Below, piece by piece: positions 48,699-55,058 of a stretch of 64,000 bases of DNA. The DNA comes from Myxococcota bacterium (GTDB lineage Bacteria > Myxococcota_A > UBA9160 > JAFDDA01), in the NCBI GenBank assembly GCA_965228475.1, contig OZ245817.1, positions 2,516,209 through 2,580,208 of the forward strand. Direction: 5' to 3'. How positions within the stretch are numbered: the first letter of the stretch is position 1; each line of letters opens with the position of its first letter. Made by a program: the position numbers and the translations under genes. The notes below the pieces were generated by a model that was given only the letters and a program-made list of their open reading frames with translations, was not told the DNA's origin and did no database searches.

Positions 48699-49625
48699 AT
48701 GGCCGAACACGACCCCATCCTGATCGAGCGAGCACGGAACCTCTGGACGAGCTTCGGGCGCAAGTTCCCCGCCATCGAGAAGTCGACCCAGATCGGCTGG
48801 CCCGAGACGCGCTTCGACCAGATCGGCGGTCTCGCGGGCCCGAAGGACGAGGTCCTGACCTTCGCCTGCGCCGCCACCAGCCCCGACGTCTACGGCCGCT
48901 GGGGAACCTTCCCGCCCTCGGGCCTGCTGCTCATCGGCGCACGCGGCACCGGCAAGCAGATGCTCGCCGAGGCGCTCGCCGAACAGGCCGGCACCGGCTT
49001 CCTGAAGATCCGCATCCCGACGCTCGTGATGGAGACCCTGCGCCACGGCGGCAAGGTCGGGGAGATGACCGAAGGCTGGAGCCAGACGCTCTCGGAGCTG
49101 CCGCCGGTCACGGTCTTCTTCGGCGAGCTCGAGTTCTACCAGGCCCACGAGTTCGGTTCCCAGCGCGATGACCTCCCGATCGGCCCGGTCATGGACTTCC
49201 TGCTCGACCTCGTCGACCGCACCGTGGCGGTCGAGCACGCCCTGACCGTCGGCTCGACGAGCTACCCGGACACGCTCCGGCCGGCTTTCCTGAGCGACCG
49301 GCGCTTCGAACGCGTCGTCGAGGTGAACCCGGTCTTCCCGGGCGACGTCGTCGAGTCCCTGCGCATCCACGCCGAATCGGCCAGCAAGCGGGCGGGCCGG
49401 CCGCTGTTCGAAGAGGTCGACTGGCTCGAGGTCGTCCGGCCCTACGCCGATCATTCCATCGCCGAGTGGGTTCGGATCCTGCACGGCGTGCTGCGCCGCA
49501 AGGCGCGCTGCGAGGCGGCCGGCGAAGCCGTGACGCCCGTCGTGACCGAGGACCTGGTCAGCGAAGCCGCCCGCGTCCAGGGCACCAAGAAGCGCTTGAG
49601 CTACGGCGAGGGGACCTACCTCTAG
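48699..49625 (+). CDS. AAA+ family protein with degenerate Walker motifs
   Basis: FDQIGGLAGPKDEV..., LLLIGARGTGKQMLAEALAE (Walker A with Q in place of S/T), VTVFFGELE (Walker B position with G-E rather than D-E) and PAFLSDRRFERVVEV (second-region-of-homology-like) are present. Confidence 0.7.
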   Translation: MAEHDPILIERARNLWTSFGRKFPAIEKSTQIGWPETRFDQIGGLAGPKDEVLTFACAATSPDVYGRWGTFPPSGLLLIGARGTGKQMLAEALAEQAGTGFLKIRIPTLVMETLRHGGKVGEMTEGWSQTLSELPPVTVFFGELEFYQAHEFGSQRDDLPIGPVMDFLLDLVDRTVAVEHALTVGSTSYPDTLRPAFLSDRRFERVVEVNPVFPGDVVESLRIHAESASKRAGRPLFEEVDWLEVVRPYADHSIAEWVRILHGVLRRKARCEAAGEAVTPVVTEDLVSEAARVQGTKKRLSYGEGTYL

Positions 49626-49644
49626 GCCGGTCCGCCTCCGCGGG

Positions 49645-51696
49645 TCAGTCCGCCCGGAAGCGCCCGACCTCCTGCTCGAGGGTGCGCGAACGCGTGGAGA
49701 GGCTCTCCACCATGCGCTTCATCTCTTCGGCCTTGCGCCCGCTCTCGATCTTCACGTCGCGGAAGACGGCGAGCGCTTCGTTGATGGTCTCGGCGCTCTT
49801 GCTCTGGGCCTGGGTCGCGGCGGCGATCTGATTCACCATCGCCGTGACGTTCTCGACCGAGTTCGTGATGAGCTTGCTCTCGCGGCTCTGCTCGGAGGTG
49901 CTGCGCTTGACCTCCTGGCCGAGCTGACGCATCGCCTCGACGGCGCGCGTGATCTCGCTGCTCGCCCGGTCCTGCTCGTGGATCGACGTGTTGATGTGCT
50001 TCACGATCTCGCGCACCTGCTGCATGGCGTCGTCCACCTGCTGGATGTCCTTCGCCTGCTGCTGGTTCGCCTGGACGATCTCTCCGACCATCTGGGTCGA
50101 GAGGCGCGAGCTCCCGATGATCTCCTGGAGGAGCTTGCCGGCCTTCTCGGAGAGGCCGACCCCGCGCTCCACGGTGGTGGAGCCCTCGGCCATGGCCGCC
50201 ACGGCGTTGCCCGTCTCGGCCTGGACGTTCTGGATCAGGGCGGCGATCTCGCGGGTGGAGAGCGCCGTCTTGTCGGCGAGGCTCTTCACCTGCTCGGCGA
50301 CCACCGCGAAGGCCTTGCCGTGCTCGCCGGCCTGGGACGCGATGATGGCGGCGTTGAGCGAGAGCAGGTTCGTCTGCTCCGCGATGCCGTCGATCACCTT
50401 CACGATCTCGCCGATCGATTCCGAACGCTCCGCGAGACTGCCGACGACGTTCTCGATCGCGCCGAACTGTTCGCGGATCTCGCGCATGCCGGTGATGGTC
50501 TCGCTCACCGCGCGCATGCCCTCCTCGGCTTCGGCCGCGGCCTTGTCCGAGAGTTCCTGGCTGTGGGAGGCGTTGCTCTCGACCTGCTGGACCGACGTGT
50601 TCAGCTCGTGGACCGAGGCCGTCGTCGAATCCGTCGCCTCGTTCAGGACGTCGACGCTGCGCGCGACCTCCTTGATGCTCTGGGTCATCTCGACCACGGA
50701 GGACGAGGTCATCTCGATCGATTCCGAGAGGCCGTCCATGTTGGTCGCGATCTCGTTGACCGCGAGGTCCATCTGCACGATCGAGCCCGAGGTCTCGTTG
50801 GCCGATTCCGCGAGCCGCTCGGAGTTCTTGCTGACCTCCTTGATCGACTGGGTCACGGACACCACCGAGTCTCCGGCCTCGTCGACGGCCTGCTCCTGGC
50901 GCTGGCCTTCGACGATCATCTCGCGGCTGGCGGACTCGAGACCGTCGGTCACGAGCCGCACCGAGGCCGTGTTCTCGTGGACCTCGCCGATCAGCTTCCG
51001 GAGCCCTTCGGCCATGCCGTTGAAGGCCCGCGAGAGCGTTCCGATCTCGTCGTTGCCGTCGAAGTCCACCCGGATGCGCAGGTCGCCCCCGGCCACCGCT
51101 TCGGCGCTCTCGGCCAGATTGGCCAGCGGAACGGTGATCGCCCGCTGCAGGCGGTTCCCCAGCCCGATCGCGACCAGCGCCGCGAAGAGCGCCGTTGCCA
51201 GGCCGAGCATCAGGTAGGCATTGCGGCGCTCCGCAAGGTGGGAGATGTCGCTGGCGAGGTAGATCGTCCCGACGCGCTCGCCGTAGCTGACGACGTCGCG
51301 GAACATGCGCAGCGCGTCGGACCCGAACTCGGAGCCCGAAGCCTGCGGCGCCGGCGGACGGAAACCCTCGGAGCCCTCCCGCCGCGAGTAGGTCGCGAAG
51401 ACCTGGCCGTCCGGCGTGTAGATGGCCGCCTCGAGGATGCGCGGCTCCTTGCTCAGCGCGAAGAGGGTCTCCCGCGCGGCTTCCGGATCGTTGAAGGCGA
51501 GCGCCGCGGTCGAGTTGGTCCCGATGATCTCGGCCAGGGTCCCGGTGTCGTGGACCATCTTCTGTTCGTAGGTGACCCGTTCGTAGGTCATGAAGCCGCC
51601 GACGGCGATCGCGAGCGCCGTGAGCGACGTCACGAGCACGTTCAGCGTGAGCTTCTGTCGGATCGAGAGTTCGCCAAAAGATCGCATGGTGATCAT
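49645..51696 (-). CDS. Methyl-accepting chemotaxis protein (periplasmic sensor, HAMP, MCP signalling domain)
   Basis: Two TM helices flank a roughly 140-aa periplasmic domain. The HAMP domain is AITVPLANLAESAEAVAGGDLRIRV...IGTLSRAFNGM. The signalling hairpin is EQTNLLSLNAAIIASQAGEHGKAFAVVAEQVKSLA. Confidence 0.9.
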   Translation of the reverse strand: MITMRSFGELSIRQKLTLNVLVTSLTALAIAVGGFMTYERVTYEQKMVHDTGTLAEIIGTNSTAALAFNDPEAARETLFALSKEPRILEAAIYTPDGQVFATYSRREGSEGFRPPAPQASGSEFGSDALRMFRDVVSYGERVGTIYLASDISHLAERRNAYLMLGLATALFAALVAIGLGNRLQRAITVPLANLAESAEAVAGGDLRIRVDFDGNDEIGTLSRAFNGMAEGLRKLIGEVHENTASVRLVTDGLESASREMIVEGQRQEQAVDEAGDSVVSVTQSIKEVSKNSERLAESANETSGSIVQMDLAVNEIATNMDGLSESIEMTSSSVVEMTQSIKEVARSVDVLNEATDSTTASVHELNTSVQQVESNASHSQELSDKAAAEAEEGMRAVSETITGMREIREQFGAIENVVGSLAERSESIGEIVKVIDGIAEQTNLLSLNAAIIASQAGEHGKAFAVVAEQVKSLADKTALSTREIAALIQNVQAETGNAVAAMAEGSTTVERGVGLSEKAGKLLQEIIGSSRLSTQMVGEIVQANQQQAKDIQQVDDAMQQVREIVKHINTSIHEQDRASSEITRAVEAMRQLGQEVKRSTSEQSRESKLITNSVENVTAMVNQIAAATQAQSKSAETINEALAVFRDVKIESGRKAEEMKRMVESLSTRSRTLEQEVGRFRAD

Positions 51697-52271
51697 CCGC
51701 CCTCGACGATGGTGGCGAGCCGGAGCAGCTGGGAGCTGATCTTGAGCCCCGCCTTCTTGGCTGCCCGCTCGTTGATCTCGAACCGGATCTTCTTGTCCGA
51801 TTCGACGAAGTTGATCATGCCGCCGCGCTTCGCGAAGCGTTCGAGGTCCGCGACGAGCAGGACGGGCGAGCCCGAGAGGCTGCTCAGGATCGTGTCGACC
51901 GAGCCGCTCTCCGAGCGGCTCACGAAGAGGATCGAACAGCCGCCCGCCGCCGAGACGCTGCCGATCCGGCGCGTCTTGACCGCACGTTTCCCGACGGATC
52001 GGCCGGCGACGGTCTCGTCGAGCGTCGACCCGAAGGGGTCGTCACCGAGCACGCAGATTTCGAGGTCGCCCTTGGCGTCGGGCCACTCGACGAACTTGCC
52101 GAAGTTCAGCAGGAAGGCCGCCTTTACCTGGTACTCGGAGACGGCCGAGACGGCCGGCGCCAGCCAGAAGAGCGACGACAGGACTGCGCCCGCCAGAACT
52201 CTGTGCGCAACTTTCACTCGTTCCCCCCGCGCGGTCCCGCCGATCGGGGCCGGGTGGCCCTGCTGAAACAT
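51693..52271 (-). CDS. YfiR-family (DUF4154) periplasmic protein
   Basis: YQVKAAFLLNFGKFVEWPD and PVLLVADLERFAKRGGMINFVESDKKIRFEINERAAKKAGLKISSQLLRLA are present. Its stop overlaps the MCP start (ATGA). Start is ATG 52271 (SD GAGGGGGGA) or GTG 52217. Confidence 0.75.
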   Translation of the reverse strand: MFQQGHPAPIGGTARGERVKVAHRVLAGAVLSSLFWLAPAVSAVSEYQVKAAFLLNFGKFVEWPDAKGDLEICVLGDDPFGSTLDETVAGRSVGKRAVKTRRIGSVSAAGGCSILFVSRSESGSVDTILSSLSGSPVLLVADLERFAKRGGMINFVESDKKIRFEINERAAKKAGLKISSQLLRLATIVEGG

Positions 52272-52440
52272 CGGCAGAAGATCCCCCCTCTTGAGCGCAG
52301 CCTCCGTGGAAGACCACGGCCCCTCCGGAGAAAACCCTGGACGAGGCTGACGGGACGCCGGTCCCTTCCTCGGCGTGCCCGGCGCTCGGCGCCGCCGGTT
52401 TTGCGCTCGACGCGCGGGCCCGTTGCGTCGAAGTTTGGGG

Positions 52441-52469
52441 TTGGAAAGCCCCGAGGCCGGACCTATTCT
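52441..52469 (+). promoter_or_regulatory. Candidate sigma70-type promoter TTGGAA-N17-TATTCT
   Basis: TTGGAA at 52441-52446 and TATTCT at 52464-52469. A leader hairpin GGTCGCC gagg GGCGACC (52474-52491) and SD GGAGG follow, then ATG 52506. Confidence 0.45.
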
Positions 52470-52505
52470 GCCCGGTCGCCGAGGGGCGACCGGAGGTTCC
52501 CTCGC

Positions 52506-54917
52506 ATGCTCGCCCACCGCGCCCGCCCGACGGCCCTCGCCCTCGCCACCGCGCTCTCGCTCACGATGGCGCTCGGGTGCACCCCGGCCATCGACGCCCA
52601 GCTCGCCGAGGCGCAGTCCCTCGTCGCGGAAGGGCAGCCGCTCGCCGCCCTGCCCTTGCTCGAACGCGTGCTCGAGCGACGGCCGGCCGACGGCGCCGCG
52701 AACCTGCTGCTCGGCCAGGTCCTGATCCAGGTCGGCCGCATGCGACCCGCGGCGGCACCGCTCGCCAAGGCCATGGAGAGCGAACGCTATGCCGTTCCCG
52801 CTGGCCTGCTGCTCGCCTCGGCGCAGCTTGGCGAAGGCCGGCCGGCCGAGGCCCTCGCGACCGTCGACCAGGTGCTCGCCTCCCATCCGGACCAGCCGGC
52901 CGCGCTGCGCATCCGTGCGACGGCAAGGCTCCAGGCCGGCGACGCCGAGGCGGCGCTCGCCGACGCCCAACGTCTGATCGAGGTCGCCCCGGACGATGCC
53001 CAGGGCCCGCTGCTGCTCGGCACGGCCCTCAGCCGGCTCGGCCGCCTCGACGAAGCCGAGCAGATCCTGGGCGAGCGCGAACGCGCCGCCCGCGAAGCCG
53101 GCGGCGCCGGCCATGCCCACCTGTGTTCCGCCTTCGCGACCTTCCTCGCCGCCGGCAGGCAGGACCTCGCGCGCGCCGAAGAAACCTGGCTCCGCTGCCT
53201 CGAGACCAACCCCGCGGACGCCATGGTGCTCCAGGGCGCGACGCGCTTCTTCGACCAGCGGGGGCAGGGCCAGCGCAGCGTCGAAATCCTCCGCCGCGCC
53301 GTCGAAGCCGCCCCGGACGCTCTCGGCATCCGCCTCGGCCTGGCGACGCGGCTCTCCGCGGCGGGCGACGCGGCCGAAGCCGACGCCCTGCTCGCCGAGT
53401 TCGCCGAGAGCTCGCGAGCGCCCCAGGCCTGGCAGGCCCTGGCGCTCTTCCGCGGCGAGCGCGGGGACACCGCCGGCGCGCGGGACGCCGTCGAACGCGG
53501 CCTCGAGGCACCGGGCGAAATGGCGGACGCCCTGCGCTTCCTGCACGCGGGCTTCCTGATCGAGCTCGGCGAAGCCGACGCCGCCGAAACCGTGATCGCG
53601 GCGATCGAAACGCCGGACCTCGCGGACCTGACGACCGCTCGCCTGCAGCTGATCCGCGGCCAGGCCGCCGCGGCCCTCGACACCCTCGAAGGGATCACGG
53701 CGCGGAGCCCGACCGACGTCCGCGCCCACTACCTCGCCGGCATCGCTTCGCAGACCCTCGGCCAGGTGGACCCCGCGCTGCGCTCCTTCGAGACGGCGAC
53801 GGAGCTCGAGCCGGCCACCACGGACGCCGCCATCGCCGCCGCCCGCCTGAACGCAGCCCTCGGGAACCACGCCCAGGCCATCGAGATGGCCCAGCGGCAC
53901 CGCGCCTCGCGCCGCACGGCCCATCCCGAGACTTACCGGCTCGAAGCCCGTTCGCGCATCGCCTCGGGTCAGCCCGCCGCCGCCGTCGCGCTCCTCGAGC
54001 GGGAACTCGAGCGCGGCCCCGGAAGCGCGGACCCGACGCTCTGGCTCCTCCTCTGCGACGGCCTCGAGGCCTCGGGCGGTGCCGACGCCGCCCTCGCCCG
54101 CCTGGAACGCGAACGCCGGAACGGCCTCGACCTCACGGACCCGGCCCGGCTGCCGATCCTCGAGCGCTACGGCTGGCTCTCGGTCCGCACCGGGCAGCCG
54201 GACCGCGCCGCCAAGGCCCTCGCCGAGGCCGCCGCGCGCAGCCCCGAGTCCGTCCCGCTGACCGTGCTCGAAGGCGTCTTCGCGGCCGCCACCGGCGACC
54301 CCGAAAAGGCCGACGCCGCCTTCCGCCGCGCCGCCGAACGCGCTCCGGAGGACCCCCTGGCCCTCGCCCACCTCGGCCGCTGGCTCGCCGGCCACGGCGA
54401 AGCGGAGGCCGGTCTCGCGCTCCTCGAGAAGGCCGAGACGATCGCGCCCGGGCAACACGAGGCGGCCTTCCACTCGGCGCGCATCCTCACCGCCCTCGGC
54501 CGCAGCGACGACGCCGAGGCCCGCCTGCGCGCCGTGGTCACCCGCGACCCCTTCCACGCCGGTGCAGCGAACGACCTCGCCTGGCTCCTCGCGGAGGAGC
54601 GCCGGGACCTCGAGTTCGCCCTCACCCTCGCGCGGCGCGCCGTCCGGCTCCAGCCCGGCGACGCCACCCTCGACACCCTCGGCTGGGTGCTGCTCCAGTC
54701 GGACCAGCTCGATGCCGCGCTCGCCACCTTCGAAGAGGCGATCACGCTCGCGCCGGGCAACCCCTCCTACCGCTACCGCCTGGGCAGCACGCTCGAGCGG
54801 CTCGGCCGGGTCGAGGAGGCGCGCAAGGCCTACGAGCAGGCCCTGAACGAGCCGTCCTCCCCGGTGGCCGAGGACGCCCGGAGCGCCCTCGCACGGCTCT
54901 CGGAAGGGGCCGGCTGA
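52506..54917 (+). CDS. TPR-repeat lipoprotein (803 aa)
   Basis: Signal plus lipobox MLAHRARPTALALATALSLTMALGC, followed by continuous TPR-like Ala/Leu-rich repeats to the C-terminus. Confidence 0.8.
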   Translation: MLAHRARPTALALATALSLTMALGCTPAIDAQLAEAQSLVAEGQPLAALPLLERVLERRPADGAANLLLGQVLIQVGRMRPAAAPLAKAMESERYAVPAGLLLASAQLGEGRPAEALATVDQVLASHPDQPAALRIRATARLQAGDAEAALADAQRLIEVAPDDAQGPLLLGTALSRLGRLDEAEQILGERERAAREAGGAGHAHLCSAFATFLAAGRQDLARAEETWLRCLETNPADAMVLQGATRFFDQRGQGQRSVEILRRAVEAAPDALGIRLGLATRLSAAGDAAEADALLAEFAESSRAPQAWQALALFRGERGDTAGARDAVERGLEAPGEMADALRFLHAGFLIELGEADAAETVIAAIETPDLADLTTARLQLIRGQAAAALDTLEGITARSPTDVRAHYLAGIASQTLGQVDPALRSFETATELEPATTDAAIAAARLNAALGNHAQAIEMAQRHRASRRTAHPETYRLEARSRIASGQPAAAVALLERELERGPGSADPTLWLLLCDGLEASGGADAALARLERERRNGLDLTDPARLPILERYGWLSVRTGQPDRAAKALAEAAARSPESVPLTVLEGVFAAATGDPEKADAAFRRAAERAPEDPLALAHLGRWLAGHGEAEAGLALLEKAETIAPGQHEAAFHSARILTALGRSDDAEARLRAVVTRDPFHAGAANDLAWLLAEERRDLEFALTLARRAVRLQPGDATLDTLGWVLLQSDQLDAALATFEEAITLAPGNPSYRYRLGSTLERLGRVEEARKAYEQALNEPSSPVAEDARSALARLSEGAG

Positions 54918-54961
54918 GCGGCCGCCCCGGGCTCGGCTGCCCCTCGCGAGCTGCCTTCCTC

Positions 54962-55012
54962 CTGCGACCGCTTGCCACCCGCGACCGCTTTCCACCTGCG
55001 ACCCGTTTCGTC
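54962..55012 (+). repeat. Three in-phase 17-nt tandem direct repeats (CYGCGACCGCTTKCCAC) abutting a -10 element
   Basis: R1 is 54962-54978 ctgcgaccgcttgccac. R2 is 54979-54995 ccgcgaccgctttccac (15/17 identical to R1). R3 is 54996-55012 ctgcgacccgtttcgtc (first 8 nt identical). Confidence 0.8.
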
Positions 55013-55013
55013 G

Positions 55014-55052
55014 TAGAATCGGCCTGCGGGCGCCCGCCGCGTCCGCAGGAGG
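55014..55052 (+). promoter_or_regulatory. -10-like TAGAAT plus a 5'-leader hairpin that partly occludes the SD
   Basis: TAGAAT at 55014-55019. Hairpin CCTGCGG(55023-55029)/CCGCAGG(55043-55049). SD AGGAGG at 55047-55052. ATG at 55059. Confidence 0.45.
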
Positions 55053-55058
55053 CTTCCG

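Noticed and set aside
44521-48877. 1400-aa (+) and 1438-aa (-) ORFs spanning the GT2/methyltransferase/OST region
   Set aside because: Both run across several independently recognisable genes in other frames or on the other strand, and both are dominated by Arg/Pro/Gly/Ala. Only 46366-48615 (-) and 44630-46369 (+) carry family signatures.
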